DNA from: Candidatus Scatosoma sp.
GTDB lineage: Bacteria; Bacillota; Clostridia; Christensenellales; Borkfalkiaceae
Reading direction: 5' to 3'
NCBI GenBank assembly: GCA_045605705.1
Contig: JAZUQM010000051.1
Coordinates: 1-37,418 of the forward strand
Length of the DNA stretch: 37,418 nt
Positions 18,449 through 25,863 of the stretch are shown piece after piece (positions within the stretch are counted from its first letter, which is position 1; each line of letters starts with the position of its first letter). The notes below the pieces were generated by a model. That model saw only the letters and a program-made list of their open reading frames with translations, had not been told where the DNA came from and did no database searches. The translations under genes and the position numbers were made by a program.

Positions 18449-18745
18449 TTACTTTTTGCCATCGTCATACTTATCGCTAAAAAGATACTCAGAAAACTTA
18501 TTTATATCACAAGTTGTATTCGCTGTAATATACGGTATTGGCTTTGTTATTTTTTCAAGCCGACATTGACAATTTGGAGGCTGTGGATATTTCGGCATTT
18601 GTTTCACAATAAAATAACAACCGTTAAATTTATCGCAAGCATCCTGCCAATCGTTTGGTTGCGCTATCCACTCAATCCAATCGTCTTCTTTTAGCGATAA
18701 AAAGTTTTTCAGCAACTTTTCCGCTATTTCGTTTAGTAACCCCAT
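18449..18745 (-). pseudogene. Fragment resembling the end of a MuF/SPP1-gp7-type domain plus the start of a C-terminal toxin module
   Basis: A PNCQC motif (compare the H-x-NCRC end of MuF domains) is followed by DINKFSEYLFSDKYDDGKK and a stop. The likely start is MGLLNEI (AGGGGG SD). The ORF-track N-terminal extension runs through a terminator hairpin. Confidence 0.4.
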
Positions 18746-18760
18746 TATATCATACCCCCT

Positions 18761-18804
18761 AAAATAAAGCAAACAAACGAACCCGCTCGGATTCGTTTGT
18801 TTGC
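18761..18804 (-). terminator. Strong intrinsic terminator upstream of the toxin-fragment ORF
   Basis: Minus strand: GCAAACAAACGAA...TTCGTTTGTTTGC followed by TTTATTTT. Confidence 0.7.
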
Positions 18805-18886
18805 CACAGTATATCATAGATTTTTGCTTCGTCAACAGGGTACTGCCAACTTTTTATGATTTTTATATTTTTTTATAAATAGCAAG

Positions 18887-18926
18887 AAAAAATCGACAAA
18901 TTCTTGTCGAAATTTGTCGATTTTAT
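18887..18926 (-). terminator. Terminator attached to the duplicated tRNA-Leu 3' end
   Basis: Hairpin ATCGACAAAT...ATTTGTCGAT with flanking A/T runs. The stem sequence is shared with the tRNA-Gln terminator at 4358-4381. Confidence 0.65.
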
Positions 18927-18947
18927 TGGTGCGGACGAAGGGACTTG
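18927..18947 (-). repeat. 21-nt duplicate of the tRNA-Leu 3' end (att-like direct repeat)
   Basis: TGGTGCGGACGAAGGGACTTG is identical to 19244-19264. Confidence 0.9.
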
Positions 18948-19034
18948 CGCCTTTAGCGGCGCGCCCCGCCCCGACGTTATCAACGTCGGGCTTTGCCGTC
19001 AAGCCTACCATTATCCAATTTTCGTAAGCCAAAG

Positions 19035-19121
19035 CGTTTTGCTCTCGCAAAACGGCTCTTCTCGTGCAAAGTGCGGTTTGCTTTGCACTCGGTCACCGCA
19101 AACGCCCACTCATGCGTTTGC
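19035..19121. repeat. Three evenly spaced 8-bp-stem hairpins sharing a GCAAA/TTTGC core
   Basis: CGTTTTGC-TCTC-GCAAAACG at 19035-19054, GTGCAAAG-(9 nt)-CTTTGCAC at 19064-19088, and GCAAACGC-(8 nt)-GCGTTTGC at 19098-19121. Confidence 0.65.
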
Positions 19122-19204
19122 TCATCTCGCCCCTAAAAAGTATTGTTAATACTTTTCTTGACGGGCAGCTCGTCCCTCAAGTCCCTTCATGCTCGTGCGT
19201 ATCG

Positions 19205-19244
19205 AAAAATAGGCGATGCCCTACTTGGGCATCGCCTATTTTTT
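19205..19244. terminator. Bidirectional terminator abutting the tRNA-Leu 3' end
   Basis: AAAAA, the hairpin TAGGCGATGCC-CTACTTG-GGCATCGCCTA, then TTTTT. Confidence 0.8.
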
Positions 19245-19328
19245 GGTGCGGACGAAGGGACTTGAACCCACACGGTGTTACCCACAGGAACCTGAAACCT
19301 GCGCGTCTGCCAATTTCGCCACGTCCGC
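19244..19328 (-). tRNA. tRNA-Leu (anticodon CAG), class II, CCA encoded
   Basis: Acceptor GCGGACG/CGTCCGC, D arm GCG-AAATTGGCAGA-CGC, anticodon loop TTCAGGT (the same loop as E. coli tRNA-Leu CAG), a long variable arm and T loop TTCAAGT. There are two U-U mismatches (31-39 and 50-64), hence not full confidence. Confidence 0.85.
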
Positions 19329-19344
19329 GTTTTTTCCCAGCCGA

Positions 19345-20052
19345 TTATGCAATCGGCTGAATTTCCGTCTTTTGTAAAGTATTGTCCTTGCGTTCGATAC
19401 ACCAGGCTTTTCCGCCGCTCACTACGCTGCCGACGACTTTTCCGTCTTCTATCACCAGCGCTGCGTTATCTTCTATCCCGTAAGCACAGTCGTAATTATA
19501 ACACACTATTTTGTCAAAGTCAAGCATTCTCGCGTTATAATGGGGAGAAATTACGCCTTTTTTCCAACCCAAACCTTGGAACATAGAGTACTTTTCACCC
19601 GTGTCGCCATTCACCGTAGACGAGTCTGTATAAATATCCGTAAACCAACAAATTGCGCCTGCCGAAAGCCCTGCAAGGATAACTCCACGCTCGTATGCAT
19701 CCTGAATTAACGGCAAGAAGCCCGACTTTTTCCAGTGCTCCATCATGAACACCGTATCGCCCCCGCCAACGTAGATAACGTCCGCTTTTTCAAACTTTGC
19801 GCGCATTTTTTCTAAGTCAACGTCCTTATACACCGACAGCGCGACGTCCGTTTTGATATTAAATATCCCCGTATATACCTTATGAAAGGTATTATAATAC
19901 GGCATATAATCATGACTAGCAGTAGGAATGAACAGAGCGTTGGCTCTATTCTCCCCTGCGCGCGCTTTGGCAAGCCCTGCGATATATTCGTCTATTTTAA
20001 GCGTGGTTCTTTCGCGGAGCTCTCCCCCGCCGATGGCGATAATCCGTTTCAT
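19345..20052 (-). CDS. Peptidase S51 family (dipeptidase E-like)
   Basis: N-terminus IIAIGGG, YVGGGDT, and the nucleophile elbow GLSAGA. Confidence 0.8.
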   Translation of the reverse strand: MKRIIAIGGGELRERTTLKIDEYIAGLAKARAGENRANALFIPTASHDYMPYYNTFHKVYTGIFNIKTDVALSVYKDVDLEKMRAKFEKADVIYVGGGDTVFMMEHWKKSGFLPLIQDAYERGVILAGLSAGAICWFTDIYTDSSTVNGDTGEKYSMFQGLGWKKGVISPHYNARMLDFDKIVCYNYDCAYGIEDNAALVIEDGKVVGSVVSGGKAWCIERKDNTLQKTEIQPIA

Positions 20053-20534
20053 TTACCTAACCTTTCGAGTTCGACTCTCGTCAGGTTACAATACTTCTCT
20101 TCAATCGCTTTGATTTTTGCAATACGTCTATCGTGGCGTTCCCCGCCCTCGTATTCACAGGTCAAGAACGCGTTTACGATTTCTTCCATCATGCCTACGC
20201 CTACTACCTTTTCCCCGAACGCAATCATATTGGCGTCGTTATGATAGCGGGTATATTTTGCACAATAGACGTCGTGGCAATGCGCGCAGCGAATCCCCGG
20301 CACTTTATTCGCCACGATAGAAACGCCGATACCCGACGAACAAACGACGATACCGCGCTGACAATCCCCGCGCGCAACCGCCTCCGCTGCCTGCACGGCA
20401 AAATCGGGATAGTCGCAGGAATCAAAGGTATTCGTACCAAAATCCGCTACCTCGTGTCCGTTCTTTTCCAAATACGCAATCAGCGCTTTCTTCAAATTCA
20501 GCCCGCCATGGTCGCAAGCAACTGCAATTTTCAT
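20049..20534 (-). CDS. rpiB: Ribose-5-phosphate isomerase B, with about a 12-aa tail read from the junction element
   Basis: Motifs MKIAVACDHGG and CSSGIGVSI are present. The C-terminal CNLTRVELERLGK is encoded by the repeat. The stop TGA overlaps the next ATG (ATGA). Confidence 0.9.
   Translation of the reverse strand: MKIAVACDHGGLNLKKALIAYLEKNGHEVADFGTNTFDSCDYPDFAVQAAEAVARGDCQRGIVVCSSGIGVSIVANKVPGIRCAHCHDVYCAKYTRYHNDANMIAFGEKVVGVGMMEEIVNAFLTCEYEGGERHDRRIAKIKAIEEKYCNLTRVELERLGK
20058..20088 (+). repeat. Junction palindrome element, copy 1
   Basis: TAACCTTTCGAGTTCGACTCTCGTCAGGTTA lies between rpiB and the S51 peptidase gene. Confidence 0.9.
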
Positions 20535-21073
20535 AAACTTTCTCCTATTTCTTTTTTCTTTCTTGGCGTAGGCGGAAGTGCATACGCCTTCAAATCAAGT
20601 TTTTCAATCAACGCGGACATGCCCCCCTCTAACAGCGTATAAACACGGCGGTATTCCTCCACGTCTTTGCCGTAAGGGTCGGGGATATTACAGCCCGCAA
20701 GCTCTTCAAACGAATACACGTTGTTTTCTATCTCTTCTGCGCCTGTTTTTCGCAAAACGTTCCAACGCATATCCATAAGATACTCTCTATGCCTTTCGGT
20801 CATGCACACGAATGCAAAGCCCTCTTTCAAGACCTTCTCGCTCATGGGCGTAGCGGAAAACTTATCTACCGTGAATCCGTTTTCTAAAAGCACCTGCGCG
20901 GATTTGGGATTTATCGTATCCCCTTTTTTTGCGCTAATCCCCACCGAGCACACCTTAAACCCGCGGAGCTTTGCTTTTTTCAGCGCCTTTTTAAGTAAAT
21001 ATTCCGCCATGGGAGAACGGCAGGTATTACCCGTGCAAACGAATACGATTTTTTTTAATTTAGTACCGCTCAT
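20531..21073 (-). CDS. Low-molecular-weight protein phosphatase (YwlE-like Tyr/Arg phosphatase)
   Basis: P-loop VCTGNTCRSPMAE. It sits between tsaC and rpiB, as in the B. subtilis ywlC-ywlE-ywlF arrangement. Confidence 0.88.
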   Translation of the reverse strand: MSGTKLKKIVFVCTGNTCRSPMAEYLLKKALKKAKLRGFKVCSVGISAKKGDTINPKSAQVLLENGFTVDKFSATPMSEKVLKEGFAFVCMTERHREYLMDMRWNVLRKTGAEEIENNVYSFEELAGCNIPDPYGKDVEEYRRVYTLLEGGMSALIEKLDLKAYALPPTPRKKKEIGESL

Positions 21074-21098
21074 CTCGTACCTGCCCCCCTCTTTCGTG

Positions 21099-22112
21099 TT
21101 AGTGTTTGATATCTGCGGACGTGCATGCCTTTGTCAAGCGATTGAGCACACCCGTCATTTTCCCGTCCTGTTTTTTCGGCGTTACGGCGATAAGCGTATC
21201 ACAAACCTTTTCCGCCTCGCGCAGCAAACCGTATAGCCTTGCCGCCATTTCCTCTTCCGTTTTGCCAAGGTTAAAAAGGAGAACGTCTTCCTTTTCAAAA
21301 CAGGTCAGCCTTTCTTCTTCGCAAAGCACCGCTACGCGGTTGCCTGCCTCTTTTTCCTTTTTGCACTGCGCCATTGCCTCGTCCACGCCTTCATACAGCG
21401 CCGTTTTACAACGGGGTGCGTAGTGTTTATACAATACCCCGGGGCTTTTTACCTTCTCACCTTGGGTTAGGGTCGGGGTATATTCCTCGCAAGCGCCGAC
21501 CACCTTCGCTATCATTTCCTTAGTAATAAGCCCGGGGCGCAGGATAACGGGGATTTCGCCCGTAACGTCGCACACCGTACTTTCTATCCCCCCTTCGCAA
21601 GCCCCGCCGTCTAAGATAAGCGGGATTTTTCCCTCAAAGTCCTCAAAGACGTGAAGTGCGGATGTCGGGCTGACGTGCTTAGACAGGTTTGCGCTGGGCG
21701 CGACGATAGGAATATCCACCGCCCGCAAAAAGGCTTGCGCGCCCTCGTGCGCGGGGATTCGTACGGCAAGGGTATTGAGCCCGCAGGAAACGCGGGGGCT
21801 TACCTTGCCCGTCGAGGGATACACCAAGGTCAAAGGCCCGGGCAAAAAGGCGTCCCGAAGCGCCTTGGCATACGGCGGGTCATAATCGATGATTTTCGTT
21901 AAGTCGTAATCCTTATGCACGTGCGCGATAAGCGGATTGTCGGCAGGTCTGCCCTTGACCGCGAAGATTTTTTCCACCGCGTTATCGTCAAAAGCGTTTC
22001 CGCCTAAGCCGTACACCGTTTCCGTCGGTATCGCCACCACACCGCCGTCAAATATGATATTTTTTGCCTCCAACAAGCTGTCGGGGGTGATTCGTTTGAT
22101 TTGAGTTTCCAT
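21099..22112 (-). CDS. tsaC: L-threonylcarbamoyladenylate synthase, long Sua5/YwlC form
   Basis: The YrdC-domain motifs PTETVYGLG, KGRP..NPLI and SANLS are present, plus a C-terminal Sua5 domain. Confidence 0.9.
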   Translation of the reverse strand: METQIKRITPDSLLEAKNIIFDGGVVAIPTETVYGLGGNAFDDNAVEKIFAVKGRPADNPLIAHVHKDYDLTKIIDYDPPYAKALRDAFLPGPLTLVYPSTGKVSPRVSCGLNTLAVRIPAHEGAQAFLRAVDIPIVAPSANLSKHVSPTSALHVFEDFEGKIPLILDGGACEGGIESTVCDVTGEIPVILRPGLITKEMIAKVVGACEEYTPTLTQGEKVKSPGVLYKHYAPRCKTALYEGVDEAMAQCKKEKEAGNRVAVLCEEERLTCFEKEDVLLFNLGKTEEEMAARLYGLLREAEKVCDTLIAVTPKKQDGKMTGVLNRLTKACTSADIKH

Positions 22113-22255
22113 AATAAGATACAGTACGAGGCTGTAAAGTGGGTAGATGCGAGCAGTTCAAGGAAGGTGCGGATTTGCCGACGGGCGCGTACATAGGCGT
22201 ACGTAACCAAGGCAAAAAGCAAGCCTGACGAAGAAATGCGACGCATATACACGCT

Positions 22256-23764
22256 TTACTCAAAAGGTAATTCGTCGTCCGTTGCCCTGTTTAACTCGCT
22301 CTTTCTTGCAGGAGGGGGTTCGGGCGGGGTGTAATCGTCCTCGGGAGCTTCGTACTCCTCATCCTCGTCCAAGCCGTGCGAAGCACGGGTATATTCAGGC
22401 GGTTCGTCGTCGCGATTTTGCTCGTCCACGTCCACGAACTTGGTACATTCGCCGATGAACTTAAGCGCAACGCGGCCTTGCTCACCACCTCTGTGCTTGG
22501 CGATAATGAGTTCGGCTGCGCCCTTGACAATCTTACCCGAAGCAAGCTCTTCCTGCGTTGCAATCGCCTCAGGACGGCTGATGAACATAACGATATCCGC
22601 GTCTTGCTCGATTGCGCCCGATTCACGAAGGTCGGAAAGCTGAGGTTCTTTGGATTGAATACGTCTAAGCTGCGAAAGCGCGATAACAGGCACGCCAAGC
22701 TCCTTTGCCATGATTTTCAAATCACGGGTAATGGACGCGATTTCCTGTTGTCTGTTTTCGCTGCCCGCCATGGAAGAATCCCCGTTGGACATAAGCTGGA
22801 TATAGTCGATCATAATTATATCCACCCCCCCTGCCGTCGTTTTTAAGCGGCGGCATTTGGAAAGGATTTCCGCAGGCGTTACGCGCGAGGAATCGTCAAT
22901 ATAGATATTGCTCTTTTTTAGCTGATCTGCCGCAAGCATAAGCTTTTTCCATTCTTTTGCGCTCAAACTACCGTCCAAAGCCTTTTGCATGCTCACGTTT
23001 GCATACGAGCATATCAATCTTTGTACGATTTCCGAGCGAGGCATTTCCAGCGAAAATACGGCGCAGGTCTTATTCGAGTGCAAAGCCGCATGTTCAACGA
23101 TATTCATGGCAAGCGAGGTTTTACCCATACCGGGACGAGCCGCAAGGACGATGAGAGCCCCCGGCTGCAAGCCGTGGGTCATTTTATCCAAGCGCTTATA
23201 TCCCGTAGGAATACCCTTAAAGGCATTCGGGTCAGACTGCAAAAGCTCGAACTTATGCAGCACATCCCCGATCACGTCGCCGTCGTTCATGGGCAGGAGC
23301 GCAGAACGCTCGGACTGCTTAGAGATATCGTAAATCGTCTTTTCCGCAAAGGCAAGCGAGGCTTGCTCGTCCGTGCCCTTCATGGACGTTTCGATAATTT
23401 TTCTTGACGCACGAATTAAGCGGCGGTTGATACTGTCGCGGGAAATAATATCGTAATAGGACTTATAATTCGCCGCAGACGGAGTGATTTGCGTAAGCTC
23501 GGTCAAATACACGATACCGCCCGCTTTTTCAAGCGTGCTTTCGCTCTCAAGCTCGTCCGCTACGGTAACGAGGTCAATGGGTTTACGCGCGTTAAATACC
23601 CGCTGCATTGCGCGCAGGATATACTTGTGCGACTCTTGATAAAAGTCCTCTTCACTCAGTTTATCTACGATATCCACCGCGATTTCATTGTCGATGAGCA
23701 TACACCCAAGCAGCGCCATTTCGGCGTCGCGGTTATAGGGCATCGTATTCATTTCGTTTGCCAT
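22256..23764 (-). CDS. dnaB: Replicative DNA helicase DnaB with about a 55-aa acidic/proline-rich C-terminal extension
   Basis: The N-terminal domain has AE.ALLG. Walker A GARPGMGKTS, Walker B IMIDYIQL and the arginine-finger region SQLRR are present. AGGAG lies 7 nt upstream of the ATG. Confidence 0.93.
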   Translation of the reverse strand: MANEMNTMPYNRDAEMALLGCMLIDNEIAVDIVDKLSEEDFYQESHKYILRAMQRVFNARKPIDLVTVADELESESTLEKAGGIVYLTELTQITPSAANYKSYYDIISRDSINRRLIRASRKIIETSMKGTDEQASLAFAEKTIYDISKQSERSALLPMNDGDVIGDVLHKFELLQSDPNAFKGIPTGYKRLDKMTHGLQPGALIVLAARPGMGKTSLAMNIVEHAALHSNKTCAVFSLEMPRSEIVQRLICSYANVSMQKALDGSLSAKEWKKLMLAADQLKKSNIYIDDSSRVTPAEILSKCRRLKTTAGGVDIIMIDYIQLMSNGDSSMAGSENRQQEIASITRDLKIMAKELGVPVIALSQLRRIQSKEPQLSDLRESGAIEQDADIVMFISRPEAIATQEELASGKIVKGAAELIIAKHRGGEQGRVALKFIGECTKFVDVDEQNRDDEPPEYTRASHGLDEDEEYEAPEDDYTPPEPPPARKSELNRATDDELPFE

Positions 23765-23775
23765 AAGATTGCTCC

Positions 23776-23807
23776 TAACCTGACGAGAGTCGAACTCGCA
23801 AGCCTTA
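23776..23807 (-). repeat. Junction palindrome element, copy 2 (inverted orientation, one arm degenerate)
   Basis: The plus strand reads TAACCTGACGAGAGTCGAACTCG (23 nt, a perfect reverse complement of 24031-24053), then CAAGCCTTA. Confidence 0.85.
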
Positions 23808-24023
23808 AAAGTTTATTTTTCGCATATTTCGTCAAATGCGTTCTTGTAGTATATCGATACGACTGCGCCCACCTTCGCCAAAATCTGCTGAAAAATATTT
23901 CTTTTAAGGTGCTGCGCAGTTTTTACAAGCAAAAAATGAGATGCAGACAAGGCGGGCTTTACAGGCAATACCCAAGTATTGTCAAAAAGCCCAACGAAGT
24001 ATCCAGCCATTTTTTGCCGTTAA

Positions 24024-24053
24024 AACCTTTCGAGTTCGACTCTCGTCAGGTTA
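24024..24053 (+). repeat. Junction palindrome element, copy 3
   Basis: AACCTTTCGAGTTCGACTCTCGTCAGGTTA. Its last three bases, 24051-24053, are the pepF stop codon (TAA on the minus strand). Confidence 0.9.
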
Positions 24054-25832
24054 ATCAAGTAAAGTTTTGAATTCCTCCAAGGTAGAACGGAATTCTTCCA
24101 TAGCCGCCTCGAAAGGCGCGGTGGTGGTTAAATCCACACCTGCCCCCTTCAAAATGGATACGGGGTCGGTGCAGCCGCCCGAAGAAAGGAAACGGAAATA
24201 ATCGTCCACTGCGGGCTTGCCTTCGGTTAAAATACGCTTTACAATGCTCATTGCAGAAATGATACCCGTTGCGTATTTATACACGTAGAACGCAGTATAG
24301 AAATGGGGAATTCTTGCCCATTCGTACGCGATTTCGGGGTCATGAATTAAGCCCTCGCCGTAATATTGCTTGTTGAGGTTGTAATACACTTCGTTCAAGC
24401 ACTCCTTGGTAAGCGCCTCGCCTGCTTCGGCTTTTGCATGGGCGATTTGTTCAAATTCCGCAAACTGCGTTTGACGGAACATGGTGGAACGAATGGTATC
24501 CATGTAATAGTTGAGCAGGTATTTTTTGAGGTTCTTATCCTCCGTTTTCTTATACAAGTGCTTTAAGAGGAGCACTTCGTTTACCGTACTTGCGATTTCC
24601 GCAAGGAAGATGGTGTAATTCGATTTATTATACTCTTGCGCCTCGTTGGATTTATAGGTATGGAGAGCGTGCCCCATTTCGTGCGCAACCGTGAAGATAT
24701 CATTGGTCGTTTGCTGATAGTTCAAAAGCACGTAAGGGTGTACGTCGTAAATACCCGTGGAGTATGCGCCGCTGCGCTTGCCTTCGTTTTCGCAAACGTC
24801 AATCCAGCCTTCCTCTTTTGCCTTTCTCAACAGATTTTGATAATCCTCGCCAAGGGGCGCAAGACCTTCGATAACAAGCTCGTACGCCTCTTCAAAGGGC
24901 ATTTTGATTTCCGCGTCCTCAACAAGGGGAACGAACAGGTCGTACATATGTTGTTCCTTTACCCCTCTTGCCTTTTTGCGAAGAGAGATATAATCGTGCA
25001 TAACGGGCAATGCGCCGTGTACCGCGTTTACGAGATTGTTGTAAACGACGGGCTCTACGTCCTCGCCTGCCATTGCCATAGCAAGACAGCTATCATAGTT
25101 TCTTACCGTCTTATAGAATACGTTCTTTTTAACGTTACCGTGGTAGGTTTGCGCAATCGCGTCAATGAGCTTGATATACGCCTCGTAATATTTTTTGAAC
25201 CATTCCTCTCTTTCCGCGTCCGTACCCGTATGCAGCACCACGCCGTACATACCGTGGCTCATTTGCACTTCTTCGCCGTTAAAGCTTGCTTTGGGCAGGT
25301 TGAGGTTTGCGTTATCGAGCATAGAGAATACCCCTTGGAACCCACGCATAACGTCCCCGCCGAGGGTAAGCAGTCTTTCTTCTGCCTCGCTAAGTACGTG
25401 TGCCTTGGATTTTGCGATTTTACGCAAGGAATATTCGTAAGGTGCAAACTCGGGGTCGTCGATAAAGCTTTGCAAAAGCTTTTCGTCCAAAGCAGTAAGC
25501 TCGGGATCAACAAACGCAAACTGTGCGAACACCTTAGCAAATAAAGCCCCTACCTTTGCGTTTGCCGAGGTGTATTTGGAGATACGTACGTCCTCGTCGT
25601 GGCGCATATGCGCGTAGAGGTATACCCTTTCCAAACGACGGGAAATTTCGTCGATGGTACGGAAACATTTAAGTAAGGTTTCACGGTTGTGAAGATTGCC
25701 CTTGAACGCGGAAAAGTCGCAATTTGCGTAGTCCGCTTCCGCACTGTTAAACGCCTCTTCCCAAGCCTCGTCCGTAGGGAAGATATCGTTAATTTTCCAT
25801 TTTAAGTTTTCTGAAATTTCATTTCTTTCCAT
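24051..25832 (-). CDS. pepF: Oligoendopeptidase F (M3B metallopeptidase)
   Basis: Zinc motif HEMGH, and the length and overall pattern typical of PepF. Confidence 0.9.
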   Translation of the reverse strand: MERNEISENLKWKINDIFPTDEAWEEAFNSAEADYANCDFSAFKGNLHNRETLLKCFRTIDEISRRLERVYLYAHMRHDEDVRISKYTSANAKVGALFAKVFAQFAFVDPELTALDEKLLQSFIDDPEFAPYEYSLRKIAKSKAHVLSEAEERLLTLGGDVMRGFQGVFSMLDNANLNLPKASFNGEEVQMSHGMYGVVLHTGTDAEREEWFKKYYEAYIKLIDAIAQTYHGNVKKNVFYKTVRNYDSCLAMAMAGEDVEPVVYNNLVNAVHGALPVMHDYISLRKKARGVKEQHMYDLFVPLVEDAEIKMPFEEAYELVIEGLAPLGEDYQNLLRKAKEEGWIDVCENEGKRSGAYSTGIYDVHPYVLLNYQQTTNDIFTVAHEMGHALHTYKSNEAQEYNKSNYTIFLAEIASTVNEVLLLKHLYKKTEDKNLKKYLLNYYMDTIRSTMFRQTQFAEFEQIAHAKAEAGEALTKECLNEVYYNLNKQYYGEGLIHDPEIAYEWARIPHFYTAFYVYKYATGIISAMSIVKRILTEGKPAVDDYFRFLSSGGCTDPVSILKGAGVDLTTTAPFEAAMEEFRSTLEEFKTLLD

Positions 25833-25863
25833 ATCGAGATAGTCTCCTAAATATTTTTTAGAT

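Noticed and set aside
20058-20088. Hammerhead ribozyme. The minus-strand reading of the junction element is UAAC-CUGACGA-GAG-UCGAA-CUC-GAAA-GGUUA, which matches the CUGANGA...stem II...GAAA core of a hammerhead enzyme strand.
   Set aside because: A hammerhead needs three helices. Here the sequences flanking the core pair with each other to give a plain hairpin. I found no UAACCU-H-GUUA substrate strand or stem I/III hairpins nearby in any copy. Copy 2 has GCAA instead of GAAA. The resemblance is most likely coincidental.
22201-22245. Possible fifth, decayed copy of the junction element just downstream of the dnaB stop (GTAACC...GCAAGCCTGACGAAG)
   Set aside because: Only the short words TAACC and CCTGACGA are shared. 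They are not collinear with the consensus and no hairpin forms.
23813-24010. 65-aa ORF between the two inverted junction elements
   Set aside because: There is no SD before the ATG, no recognisable domain and low-complexity composition. It is most likely non-coding spacer, kept only as a remote possibility.
24024-24053. tRNA fragment or minihelix. The plus-strand reading contains CGAG-TTCGACT-CTCG, a good T-arm/T-loop look-alike.
   Set aside because: The stem is only 4 bp, and there is an internal loop where acceptor and T stems should stack. In three of the four copies the T-loop-like strand is antisense to the surrounding genes. It is not a tRNA gene or a recognisable tRNA remnant.
23776-24053. 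A classical invertible promoter switch (inverton) controlling dnaB
   Set aside because: There is no invertase or recombinase gene nearby, and the inverted repeats belong to a dispersed element family. Phase variation of an essential helicase is also biologically implausible. It is retained only as one alternative in the corresponding finding.
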